This document shows positions 26,215 to 38,597 of a stretch of 64,000 nucleotides of DNA, piece after piece. The translations under genes and the position numbers were made by a program. The stretch is from Raillietiella orientalis (taxonomy: Eukaryota), in NCBI GenBank assembly GCA_036172245.1, contig JAYWIR010000002.1:1-64000 (forward strand). The letters are read 5' to 3'. The notes beneath the pieces are model-generated. The model made no database searches and was not told the DNA's origin. It saw nothing but the letters and a program-made list of their open reading frames with translations. The stretch's first letter is position 1, and every line of letters starts with the position of its first letter.

Positions 26215-29200
26215 AATCCGTGTCACACCAACTCTGTGGGTTACACGCGGATAATAAGATAGCATTTATAAAAGATGAAAAATCTACCTTGAGCATTATG
26301 TTGGCAGAATGGTTACGTTAGAGCAGAAGAAACAGAAAAAATCAAGTGCTTATTGCTTGTTTGGCTCAAAATAAGAAAAAAGAAGAAACACTGAGGTTTT
26401 TTTTTGATATTTAATTGGTTGCAGCAATTCCTCCATCATCCCGGTTGCTGGAAAACTTTCGCCCTACTTTATTCGCGAAAATTTGAATGGAGCGTAATGT
26501 ACCCGGCTCGAGTCACGTGTTTCGTGTTCTTTTCCTTGTTTTTTTTTTTTTTTTTAAAAAAAAAGAAAAAAAAAGAACGCAGGTGACCTGGAACCGCACC
26601 ACAAAATTGAAATTCATGCGCGGCGCCGTCGCATGACTGGGGCTGACTCTCCGCGTTGTACGAGGACCGTCGCCATTTTTTTTTTTTTTCTTCGTCACGC
26701 TGCACGAACCCGCGTGGTGCGGGGGTCCACCTTACGCATTCCCACCCACCGACCCCTCCTCACCCGCCCCTCCCCGGAACGAGATGCTTCAAGAATCGTC
26801 AAACGACTGCGAGTAATGTTTCTCTTAGAAAGGAGCAACCAGGTCGGATCCCCACGAGGGTAGTCGTGGGTGTTCAAGAGTGTTCTTGGGTAGGGGACAC
26901 AGTGGGAACCGTTTTCGCTCGGACGGGATGCTCGCTTCGGGGGCCAGGGTCCTTGTACCGTGGGGAACCAGCACGGACGGAATCCTTCGCAATTTTCCGG
27001 GACGGTTGCCGATCCTCGCGTGTGTGGAGCTCGTCGAACCTTGAAATCATCTGCCCTTACTCCTTCGTGCGTTTCGAACAGCAGCCTTAGGGCTGCTGTT
27101 CGAAACGCACGAAGCTCACCAGCATGTGTCTTCTTACCAGATCTCTCGGTGGTCTTTTTTTCCAGTGCGAACTCATCGTTGCTTGGGTAGGCGCATCTTT
27201 TCTCCTCAGCCTCCCACACTCCCATGCAGGTCCTGAAAAGTTTTCCGGACACATTGATGCTGCTTACACAATGGAACGGTCTTCCTTGTGCCGCTGCCGA
27301 TGCATATCAGCCCGCAAACCGCTACCAATGGCAACGGCCCACTTTCAGGACCAGTCGCGATAAAGTGCCTGTGGTCGTTTGGTGGGAACACTCATGCAAA
27401 TATCTAATTGTAAAAATGCAAATGAGCAAAGCTTAAATTGATCCCTTTGTTAATGTTTTTTTTTTTTTTTTTTATTTTATGCAGGTAGTTTCTATCAACT
27501 CTTGATGTCCATTAACCCACAAAATGTTAATTGGACGTCATACAGGTACAAGAAAATTCATTGTGACCAGTATTAATTGTGTCTGTTGACTGTGATACAT
27601 AAAAACTGTGGATAAGTGGATGTGTTTGACTCCTTGAAGCATGTTTTCGAATCTCTGTTGCACTTCAGCTCCCTGGAGCTTTCCTCGGTTCCCTTCGTAT
27701 CTCCGTGCTCCGGTTGCGCCACGCATCCTTTGCCTGGAACGTCCACTCGCAAGCCTCCTCGCCTATCGGGCACAGGACCGGGACGTTAGGGTGTTTGTTT
27801 TTCCGCAGGAAACTCACCGCAGTCCGCGCTCGGAAAATTCGAGAAAAAAACGAAAGAGGCGTTCGCCGTAGGCTGCGAGTTTCGCTCGCAAAAAAAAAGA
27901 CAAAGGAAAATCAAAACCAAATGGAATCCAAGGATCTCTTCAGGCGTCCGATGGGGGATGCGTTGAACCGACCCCTTTTGATCGTCCGAAGCGAAGATCA
28001 CACACGTTCGTGGTGATCTTTGACGAGCACCTTCCCCTACGAGTGTTTGCGTATTTACGGACTTGCGCTCGTGTGCACTCGTGCACGGTCACACGTGTCG
28101 CTCGCGCGCGGCTGACTGGAAACAGATGAAAGCTGTCCGAGAAGCACGCCGGAGGCAAGGGAAACGGAAGCTTGGTTATTTTGTCGGAAAGTCCTGATCA
28201 TAACCGCGCGGACAAAGAGCATGTTCCGATAGAAAGCCACCCGTACCGCAGATTCACCCACGTGCTCTGCTAGAGGACGTTGGGCGAGCCCTTGAAATCA
28301 GCAGGTGGATCTCTTCCGGCTTTTGAGAAACGGAAGAATCGGTGAGGGATTTCGCGGGGAAAGCTCTGCGCTTCAGAGTGCTCATCGCCGTGGGGAGGTC
28401 GGACCTTCCAGCTGATCGCGCGATGATGCCCTCGTAGTGGTGCCAATCGAACTGGCTGACACCTAGACTGACCGACTTTTCTTTTTTTTCTTGTCACTCA
28501 ATCTTTATGTGCCACTGCTGTCGATCACACGGGATGAAGACCGGTTCAGGTTTCAGGTGCCGGGAGAGTCCGGCAGTTTCTCAGGATTAAGAAGACAGAA
28601 GTCGTCCCAAAACAGGATGGCAACACTCGTCTTCCCTGAGGGGGGAAAATCTTCCTCAGAGCAGGCGGACTGGTTCCTTAGCGAGTGTGTGAGGGTGCGC
28701 CGCTCGTGCACCTCAACTGCGATGAAGCACGTTACTGGAGATTTATCTCCACCAGACCTGGAAAATGCAAACTCTTGTGCAAACTCTCACCTACGATGAC
28801 AAGGGACTGCCTGTTCCCCCCTTCCCTCCCTCTTTTTCGTCAACACCCTCCGCCCCTTCGCATAAGGAAGCGGAAAGGATGCGATTTGACCTCTCGGGCC
28901 CAGCAATCTCAATAGAGTCCAACTTGCGAGTCAGGCGTTCCAGTCTTATGCGTGCTCCGTGGAACGAGAGAGCGGGGGAGATTTCAAGCGAGAAATTCGC
29001 AGCTGGAGTATGAGGATTCTGCGAACGCGAGGCTTACCCGCAAGGTTTCGGAGAAGACAGAGAACTCCTCTCTTCGAGAGAAACTCCATTCACCTGGAGG
29101 ACCTGCTTCCCGCTAAGTGGAGACTACAGTTCACTAAAGAGGGAGGCAAAGACAAGGAGGAACTCAGCACTCCAAGGACACCCACCCGGAAACTCCGCTA

Positions 29201-30149
29201 CCCGCCTACCAGATCAGGTCATGGAAGCGCGGATCCCTATACCTCCAGAAAGGCCACAGAAAAGGGGGAGTCGTGAACTGCGTGGTGGCATCCCAGCTCC
29301 GCAATGCTGGAAGAAATCCGCCCGCAGTCCACCATAAAAACACCGCAACTTCCTTTTCTGATGGATGCTCGCATCTCGAACAAGGACAAAAGATACATCT
29401 CCAATCCAGTCTGAGGACTATAGGAAATTTTTTCACAAGGACTGCAGAAACGAAACCCAAATGAGGTGTCTTCCTCTTCCCCCTTCCCCTTCCTTCCCCT
29501 CTCCCCCCATTTAACTCAGCTACGAGCATCTTGCGCTCTGCGGTATGAGCAAATATGGCGGCAGGATGCATAAGGGATGCGCCTACTACAAAACGAAGAT
29601 CGCATTCTTCCAGATGCCCATACGCCTCACTCAACATTTGAACATCCAGATTTTCTCCGAACCAGATCCAAGTTCGGACGCAGAAGGCGTCTTCGCCACA
29701 CTTCTTTGCAACAAGGAAGATGTCCGTTCCTTCAGCTGACATGGGCCTATTCTTTGTCAACGTGGACAGACTGGACTGTTACAATTTTGCTCCAGTCTGC
29801 TCATATTCCGCTCATTTCCCATATATCACTGGGCTTCAGCATAGAGCAGCATTCATCTGCTTACATTTCATCAGCATTGGGTATAACAGTGGCTAAGTAC
29901 TCTCCTGCTATTTGAGCACATTTGGAGGCGTGTAGCAAAGGCTACGTGTGCTGAATTGGACCTCTTGCCCAGCTCAAGCTCACGCTTCTGCAATGAAAGA
30001 ACTCACACTCCAATGGAGAGCTTATGTAAAATGGGCACGGGCTAGCAGCATTTATCGATCTGTAAGTTTTCAATCACCATGAAATGTTGAGGATACTAGC
30101 TTCTGCAGAAACACCAGCACTGCATCCTGTTCGGTCAGTTTGGATATGG

Positions 30150-30600
30150 TTCAGCACTTTCTAGAGTGGTTTCCTGAAAGGATGCTTACTTGGTCATATG
30201 ACCCCTTGCGGAACACAACCTCCATGAGGGAAGGAGTCTTAAGGACTGCCTTGTCCTCAGTCGCCGCGAGTCTCTCTACAAGATCGGAATGAGCAAACCT
30301 CTCCCAGGCATGCATGTAGAAGCGTGTCAAGAAAAAGATCCCGAAGACATCAGGAGCCACAGAGTGCTCTCATGTCAAAGAGCGAGGTCATCGGTTCGGT
30401 TTTAAATCTTCCGAATGAGACAACGGGCTTCGACCACTGGAAGCCTCGCGCACCTTCGTTGATACGGGTCGCCACTTCCGGCAAGCTGTTCTCGTAGAGG
30501 GAACCAGAACTACCTAGTAGTTGGCTGGAGATTCGGCACACGAGGACTGAGCCATGACCCATGAGGTTCCCAGAAGCCCTGACTGCCACGGTTCTCCGGT
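30150..30600 (-). mobile_element. Possible decayed RTE-like LINE ORF2 C-terminal fragment
   Basis: LLGSSGSLYENSLPEVATRINEGARGF...RALCGS resembles YLGS....EI..RI..A...F...LLYGSE. Confidence 0.35.
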
Positions 30601-31919
30601 CTGAAAGCTTCTCGGAATATTCCCTTGGAGCTGAAAGCACAGATAAACCAGCAATAAGAAGAGGGTACGCCCAAAACCACCTACCCGCTTTCTCTAAGCA
30701 GAAGGAAAGAGGAAATGCCACTGTGGGCGAAGAACTGTTCCATCTATGGAAAAGGTAGTCTCGCCATCGGCATGGAAGAAAGCATCTGAGACAAGCGCAA
30801 AGGTCAAAAAGAAGAAATGTCACCATTCTCAGATGATGGAAAATCCAAGGGTCAAACCATTGCTGGGGATTGGCTACTCATTGGGTTTGAAAAGCCACAG
30901 AAAAGAGTTTGAATAGAAACAGTTCGAAGCTTCTGTGGAGGCGACCTGGAGAAGAGCTTCTTGATGGATTCAGAATTTTATGTCAAGAGTCGAGAAAGAG
31001 CAGAGTCGAGCAAAGACACTTTCGGATGGAGGAAAACCACGAGATCGGGATCAGAATCCTTGGAAGGACGCGAAAACGTGAGACAAGAAAATCGTTGCTA
31101 GTGCTTGTGGAAACCTTGAGATGAGAGGCTGCTAGTCAACTTCTTGGATGCACAGCACTAAGCAGAGAGACTCAGAACGTCAGCGGTATCAATCCTTAAG
31201 TGTCCGTAACTCAGAACGCCCCACAGGGCAGGTTAGTAAAAGTGAAGAAAAAGACACTTCCAGTGAAGCCATAGGTTGAGCAAGAGAAAGTTCACGATTC
31301 AAGCACTGAAGAATCCCTCACATATTTGCTGTCAGGACAGAGAGATGGAGAGTGGTGCGCGCCGTGAGCTTTTGCCTCTGTTAAAGGAGCCCGCAGTTCC
31401 CTTTAGAACCACAGTCATTCCTACTTGCGTATCTCGAGCAGCGGATTCAGAACGAACTCGGATAAATCGAAATTCAAAAAATCGAAACTGCCATCCTTAA
31501 CTGGCTGGACAGAGCGCTGGAAAACAGTTTGATGATGATGCTGTTTTTTTTTTTTTTTTTTTTTTTTTCCCCCTGGTTACAGACGTGCGGATGATTTACA
31601 GCGAACACTGATAGCTTGGATGCACAGGCAGCATCTCAAGGGCTCGGAATGCATCCCCGATCGACTTGATACGATGCGCTGATATCACACACTCTTATGC
31701 GAAAACAGAGCGCCGATCCACGTACTGGGTCAAGTTTGTGGCTGAAATCTTGACTGCTGCATGGCTCCCGTTCAAGTGGCTGAAAAGCCGGTTCCGTACA
31801 GGCGCCACTCGATTTACCTCACGGGTGCCTGTCCCCGTCATTGGTGTCATTGAATGAACCGATATTCCGATGAGCTTTCAGGAGGATTACGTGTGTGTGT
31901 TCTTTTCTTTATTTTGCAG

Positions 31920-32671
31920 GTTATGGAAACATTGCTCCCAAGACAAACACAGGCAAGATAATGACTATGTTGTATGCGTTGCTAGGGATACCCCTCATGC
32001 TCCTCTATCTGGCAAATATCGGTTCTTTCCTGGCCAATGCCTTCAAATTTACTTATTCTAAACTGTGTCGGTGCAGATCAATAAGAAAACGGCCCAGGTA
32101 CCTAGTGGTGTCTGAAAACATCCACCTGGACAACGTTCCATCCCTGCAAATCTCCGAAAGCAATCCTCAAGAATCCTTCGCGGTTCTTAGCCAGCAAGAT
32201 TCCCTGCAGCCATCTTCTTGCCTGGTGGAAATCGGAGAATCCACCTCGCTGACGCAAGAGCAGGAGAAGGACAGAAGCGTGCCACACAACAGTTCGTTCT
32301 TCACTTTAGACGGTGATGCTCAAAAAGACGTCCCCTCGATGAATCAAGTCAGAGTGCCGATCAGCTTGGTGCTCCAAGTTCTCGTGCTCTATATATGCAT
32401 CGGAGCAGCCATCTTTTCCCAGTGGGAAGGATGGGATTTATTGAATGGTGCCTATTTCTGTTTCGTGACATTGACCACTATCGGGTTTGGGGACCTCGTG
32501 CCTGGAAGTTCCGTGTTAAGTGCTGAGACGGAGGAGGCCAAGATAGTCATTTGCTGTCTCTACCTGCTGCTCGGATTGGCGACTTTGGCGATGGCACTGA
32601 GTTTGGTGCAGGAAGAAGTGGTGGCAAGACTCAAAAATATAGGACGTGTGCTGGGAATCGTCCAGGAATGA
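31920..32671 (+). CDS. K2P potassium channel, exon 3 (end of filter 1, M2-M4, pore 2, stop)
   Basis: Acceptor TTTATTTTGCAG; G+GT completes TIGYGNIAPKT; second filter YFCFVTLTTIGFGDLVP; TGA at 32669-32671. The joined CDS is 1161 nt (386 aa). Confidence 0.95.
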
Positions 32672-35600
32672 ACGATGTAAACATGAAGTCAGCTGCGCCG
32701 ATTAACAGCTGAAAGGATATTCTAGAAAGTTCGAGGGAAAAAATGGGTGGCGCGGTGAGAACCGTCACCTTCTCAGTTTTCCAAAGATTATCTTATCGAT
32801 TCCATCTCACGACAGTGGTTACTTCTCACCGTGGGCAATTTCTCAGAGGTTCTGCTGTTTTATTAATGGAGAAACTATTTTGAAAAAGAGAAATTTTAAT
32901 AATAGTAATATAACTGTTATTAGAAAAAAAATTACTTTATTTCTTTATACTCCTTTCCTTACGACAGAGAATTACTGTGATCCGACCAAAATTCCCTTCA
33001 CTTGAGATCTGAAAAACTGCAGGACGAAAACGTCGGCTGCATTTCTTATTTATTTCTTCGTATTACTGCATGTTTGCCCCCTCCCCTTCCCACCACACAC
33101 ACACGAGCGGTTTTTGTTTATTATCTTGTCTAATTAATTTTTTAGCATAATAAAACACGAAAACTATAAAGAATTTCCATCTCAACAACCATATCGGAAG
33201 TGTAGGTGTGCTTTGAGAAATTCTGGATGAAAAGTTCCCAATGGTCAGTCGATTTTGCCGTACTCACAGCAAAAAGGGCACTTCGTTTACTTATCCGTCT
33301 GCTTCGCTCTTCGGAGACGGCCAAGATCGTTCGTGGGAGATTTAGTGAAAGTATCAAATGTTTTTTTGGAAAATATGCATAAGTATTTCTCTTTTATTCG
33401 CGAAATCCATTGAGACGAACTGTCAATAAGAAAACAGATCCATTTTCGCCACGTTTCGAGTGAATGAGAATGGAATGGGGATGGATGAGGAGCGAATCTG
33501 CTTAACCCATTGATGATTACGTAACTCATAAGTTTTAGAACCCCGGAATCTCTGAATTCAGTCGGAAACATTTCTATTCTCATCGCTGCAATGGTATGTT
33601 GCAATGCTGCTTGCTATATGAGTAGCTGTGCCTTCCCTAAGAGTGGAAGAAAAAAAAAAAAAAAAGTGGTTTTCAAGCATGAAAGCAGTCTTCGCAAATG
33701 AGGAAAGTGTATCAGCCTCCAAGAACGTGTTTGCTTTTAACACACACTGCACACGCTGGTGAGCAAAACTGTGCTTTCCTGAAACACAAGATCACATTGA
33801 AGAGATGCTTGTGGGTGGTGGCAGTGAGGCATTGCCAGTAAGGATCGAAATGAAACACGAATTCGAACAACCACCACAATAACATTGCAATTGGGATGCT
33901 CTTGGTATAAGGCATAGGAACGTCCCTCCACCCTCAAAAAAAAAAAATAACACACGAGTTCATTCAACAGGCAAATTGACCGCGGAGGAAGGATGCGGTT
34001 TTCACACACTTTTGTTCTCATTTCTCTCCATGGGAACTGTGGAAAAATAATGAAAGTTGCGCTTGGACCAGACGAACCCAAAAGTGAAATTTCGAAAACT
34101 CTGTGGTTCGGGTACACCTCATACAATCAAAGGATTTGGGGAAAGGCTCTTTCCATATTGAGACCACAACTGCTGGTGTATAGGAGAAAACGTGTTTGTA
34201 AGTTAATTATGACTGTGAGCATTACCGTAGGTCCTGCGGTTTCAAGCAAAACGACAGTTTAGCAGAAATTTCGTAATTTAAGGCTTCTCAAAGCTTCTTG
34301 AACCGTCGCCTGGATTTCTTGAATCGCGCATGTCTAGATTGCAGCTCAGAAACTCTTCCGTGAACAAATACGATGCATTGATAATAGCTAATCAACGGTC
34401 ACCCTGACAAACTTTGGAGGACAAAGACTTCTTAGATTTAGGTGGGGACATTTATATCACCTAATGGGAGATGTATAGTGGGGTGATGTCAGCTAATGGA
34501 AGGATCACACTCACTCTTGCATCGATTTACAAATCAGCCGTGTGCACTTTGGCTGCACATTTCCATTGGAAATATGTCAGTGCCTTAGGAGAAACTATGG
34601 AAATTAAATTAATGCAACACATCATTGCACTACATTGCATATTTAAACTCGGAACCAAAAATCATCAGCTGGTGAATCATTTCACGATTCATGTCTTAGA
34701 AGTGAGACCAGATACTGGAAAAACTTAATTAAAGAAAATACAACTCTGTAGCGATACTGGGATTTCTTGAAGTGTGCTTCCTTGAAAAGCACACCATCTC
34801 CCACTTTCTGAATCCCTGCCCTCCAAATTTCGAATGCATTGCTGGAAACCGTGAAAAACAAACAAGCTGAAATAACAACTAATTAATGCCAGCCACTCCA
34901 CAAATGAAAGTCCATCTTAAGATCACACAAACACTGGACCACAGCATTGGAAAGATTTAAGGCAGATCGAAGAAGAACGCCCGGCTTTGGGCGGTCAGTG
35001 ATAAATCACCGAATATTCTCATTTGTATTTCACTAAGCTTGATCAGGATTTTAGAGTTAGTTTGACACAAAGAAATGAGATGTTTCACATCTTATGGAAA
35101 CATAAGAAATATTACCACTGGCGTGCTTTGCTTGGTCTTAATGAAATGCTTACAGCAAAAATTCCAGCAAATGCATTCCTTGTTTTTGTGCGTATTGGGA
35201 ATTGTGTGCCCCATTTAATCAATGGGTTGCGCCCACGAAATGTCGATTCATATAGGCCTTTCCACTTGAAGAAATCTCATTTGCAGATCAATACATTCCT
35301 CCTCATCTTTTAATATCATGATTCCGGATGGCTATAGCAAAAGTAACTTCATGATTTTTAAGCGAGATTTCTTTTGATAAAAAAATCTTGCTCCTGGCTA
35401 CTTTCTTCGGAATTGCTCACTCTCGTGTAAGCACCTCAAGCACGCTACAAAACTTTCTAAAAAATGAAAGTATCTCAGAACTTTGAAGCTAGTTGCCCCT
35501 AACCAAGATCACCTGCTGATAACGCGGACTATTGGTACTCCTTTTCGTAGGATTTCAAGAGATGAAATCAGAAACCATTCTCACAGAGCAACTTTTTTCT

Positions 35601-37312
35601 CATATGAGCATCTTGCAAACAAAGATAAGATGGCATGAAAGCACTTTTGGCCATAAACTGTCTCGAGCAGTTAGGCTGTCTCAAGGATTCAACTTGCAAA
35701 CTACAATAGCCACTGAAACACTGTGGGTTTTTTTTCTTCTTCATTCCAAGTCAGGTACCAAAGGAAGCCATAAACATTATCAGCATTCCTTACCGAATGT
35801 TCTACTGACGCCTCCAAATTCCCCCTCGAAATTTCAAGTTTCTCAACCAACCAATTATGGACTGTGCACAGAGTAATTTGTTTAAAATGTATGCATGCAT
35901 GGTGTTACAAGACCAACGAATAATACAATTAACCATAGTGAAAGTGGTCATCGTTTCTTCGGGTATACTCAGTGAAAATAATCATTGTTTTAAAAAGAAA
36001 CAGAATTATATTAACGTGGACTGTCAGTGCTGTCATTCAAGAGCAACTCTGTGTTGTCTATGAAAAATAAGAGGAACTTTTCATTGGTACCTCAAATAGG
36101 TCGTTCAAGCATGCATTGTCTGAGCTACCAGAACCATGCTTTGTGGACCATCATAATATTTGATGTCGGTCATTCGTAGCTCCTGCTCTTCAAACTTACC
36201 AAAGATCGTTCCTGATGCTAATTGGATGTTAAATCATTTATCTAATTCGATCTCTGTCACGTTACCATTGTAAAAAAACAAACTATGATAACAAAACAGA
36301 GATCACGAGAACCGATTGCAATAGACTCGAATAGCTTCTTTGGCTCGAATTTCACGTCCAACACGTTCAGAATCGACATGGATGCCAATATTCCCTGCGA
36401 ATGAGTGAAAACGAGCTTTACCACTGCTGATTTTATATACGTATTACGGAATTAAGAATTCCATTCATGGAAAAGTTGTGCTATTATCCTTCTTTATTTA
36501 ACATCTGGTCACTTTGCTCCTTTTTTTTTTTTGTTATGCATTGATAAGTTGCTGTTTGTTTCTACGAGGGTATTGAAAAGAGATGAATCTAGGTTTTCCT
36601 CTATAGGAACTGTTGCATACATATGGAAAGAAGCATATTTTTGTGTCTGCGTGGTTTGTCTCGGTACTTAATCCTCCTTATGAGGGCAAAGTTGCATTAT
36701 TATTCTGACACGAAAAGTGGCAGTGGTACGGTAGAAGAAATAGAAAATAGCATTGCTGTGCAATTGAAAAGCATGCAGCCGTTGAATTTCTTGTTGGAAG
36801 TACGTCATCGGAGAATGAGCACCAGTCGACGAGTGACCATGGCAACATGGTACTGTTCACGGAGATGGACAAAGCGCAGCAGAAACTGTGTACGCACCAG
36901 ATAGCTGATTTGCTGAACAAAACGTATAGCAGGGGACCTTACATGGACTATTCAATAACACACACCGCTCTGCTTATTGAAAAACACTCTCCGTTCTTAC
37001 CACTTCAAGAAGCTGATGCTGTATGTTGCAGTGACTCTTGGGAGTACGGAAAATGTACACACGTTTTTCTCATGCTGACTGGTTTGAAAAGCAGATGAAT
37101 GAATTTTATTGCCATTAAGATGAGGGCGAGTGCTTCGGCTCGCACATCGTAACAGGAAACGAAATCGGACTGCTTTACAACGAACTTCAGAGTAGGGACG
37201 GTAAAATATCCCCAGAAGTGACATCATTGACAAAAGGTTTGGGCCGAATCATCTGCGTGAAAAGTCGCTCTTACGAATTGGAAGAATGCAAAGCGAATGC
37301 TACTTTGCTGTT

Positions 37313-37381
37313 GCTTCCTAGTAAATTAGTAATTTACTAGGAAGCGACCAGGAAGTAAATTACTTCTTAGTGACTTCCTGG
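37313..37381. repeat. Two adjacent palindromes at the left insertion junction
   Basis: GCTTCCTAGTAAATTA-G-TAATTTACTAGGAAGC (perfect 16-bp arms, 37313-37345) and CCAGGAAGT-N16-ACTTCCTGG (37348-37381). Confidence 0.9.
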
Positions 37382-37572
37382 ACGAAACCCACCAAGAGAA
37401 AACGGTCGTTTTGACAAAGATAAGACACAAAAGACGTACAATTTCATAGGAAAGTACATAAAAGCAAAAGGTCGAGAACCGCGCAAGGCAATTAATACAT
37501 TAACCAAATTTATTCGAGTTCAGGAGGAAAATAATGTAAAATCAGCAAGAATAAGACTGGTGAGGAATATGC

Positions 37573-37975
37573 TACTTCCTGCATAGGTAACCCGCATATT
37601 ATCCTAGCCAATTGCTCAAACTGACTAACGTTACATGCATCCAAGCTCCAGTGGCAGGAATTGTGAGGTCTTGGAGCTAGTTCGTTAACTAGCAGCTTAT
37701 TATTTCTAGTAATGAAAAATTCAATAGCAAGGATTCCTACTGCATCAAGCGCATCTGCTATTTTCTCTGCGGTTTGTTGAGCTAATTTACTATCTATTTT
37801 AGCTGGCACTGTTGAAGCATCAAGTATTCCATCAACGTGGTGATTTTCTGCTATGGGAAAAAAAGTCACTTCACCGTTTTTATCTCTTGCAATAACTGTT
37901 GAAGCCTCTTTGAGTAAATCAACACCTGCCTCGAGGATATACTTTGTGTTCCAGCAAAGGGAAACAAATTGTTTC
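37573..37975 (-). pseudogene. purK: Internal fragment of bacterial N5-CAIR synthetase (ATP-grasp domain)
   Basis: One open frame: WNTKYILEAGVDLLKEASTVIARDKNGEVTFFPIAENHHVDGIL...GILAIEFF...LLVNELAPRPHNSCHWSLDACNVSQFEQLARIICGLP. It contains the PurK signature NE.APRPHNS.H and SQFEQ, and both ends of the gene are missing. Confidence 0.92.
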
Positions 37976-38175
37976 TCTTCTTGACTTTTCCTCCATTCAG
38001 CGCTCCTATTACGCTCCTCACCCTTCTTCTTTTGAATCCTGGTTTATCTGCAAATAATCTTCTGCCTCCAGGAGCCCATCCGTATGCATAAAATTTATTG
38101 TCTTTTATGCCTGATTCGTCTATAAATATTAAATCTCCTTTTCTTATTTTCGCCACTTTTTTGTAAATTCCGTCT
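37976..38175 (-). pseudogene. IS630-family transposase fragment (first catalytic Asp region)
   Basis: LIFIDESGIKDNKFYAYGWAPGGRRL...SVIGAL matches the IS630 motifs (Y/F)IDE(S/A)G, YGWAPxG and SxIGAL. Confidence 0.85.
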
Positions 38176-38242
38176 GAAGCTATTATTTATCTTCAGTCTG
38201 AGCACACAAAACGATAAAAAATTCACTGTACTTGGCTCCTTA

Positions 38243-38405
38243 TGGTTAATTTTTTGCACTATGTGCACCCCATGTCATTAAACTTTCAAGGTTTCTACCT
38301 ACCTAATATAAACTAAAATGCGCTTGTTAAAGGGTTTAACACAGTAAAAAACGCCAATTTAAAAAATAGATAGTGAATAACTAGCTAACAGGGTTTCTTT
38401 TGCCT
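38243..38405 (+). repeat. Wolbachia-type AT-rich intergenic repeat unit, ending at the IS110 insertion site
   Basis: AAAAACGCCAATTTAAAAAATAGATAGTGAATAACTAGCTA...GGGTTTCTTTTGCCT resembles, from memory, a dispersed Wolbachia intergenic repeat. Not verified by search. Confidence 0.5.
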
Positions 38406-38407
38406 TG

Positions 38408-38413
38408 TATATT
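38408..38413 (+). promoter_or_regulatory. Candidate sigma70 -10 box of the IS110 circle-junction promoter
   Basis: TATATT begins 3 nt inside the left end and ends 8 nt before the first bridge-RNA stem. In IS621 the -10 lies in the left end and the -35 in the right end, which is absent here. Confidence 0.55.
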
Positions 38414-38419
38414 GTAAAA

Positions 38420-38589
38420 AGCATCTAATGTTTTAGGCTGTAGCATTAGGTGGAGAAGGGAAAAACTCTGGCTTTTGCCTTAGATATATAATCTGTAAAA
38501 AAGAAAAGAGTTCCCTTCTCAAAAGTAAAGGCTGGACGGTATCGTAGAAAGACCTAAATGGTTCTAATTCTATATTCAGCCTTACTTTT
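38420..38589 (+). ncRNA. IS110 bridge RNA (5' hairpin, target-binding loop, donor-binding loop lacking its right donor guide)
   Basis: Hairpin 38422-38452. Stem GAGAAGGG..AACTCT/AGAGTTCCCTTCTC encloses guides CTTTTGCCT (38472-38480) and AAAAAAG (38497-38503). Stem AAAAGTAAAGGCTG/CAGCCTTACTTTT encloses ACGGTATC (38536-38543). The first guide is identical to the flank at 38397-38405. Confidence 0.82.
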
Positions 38590-38597
38590 CATTTTTA

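Noticed and set aside
37510-38156. ORF-track calls 37510..37869 and 37866..38156 as an intact two-gene bacterial operon
   Set aside because: Both are chimeric: the purK frame continues upstream to ~37975 beneath the tail of the IS630 ORF, and neither has a native start or end.
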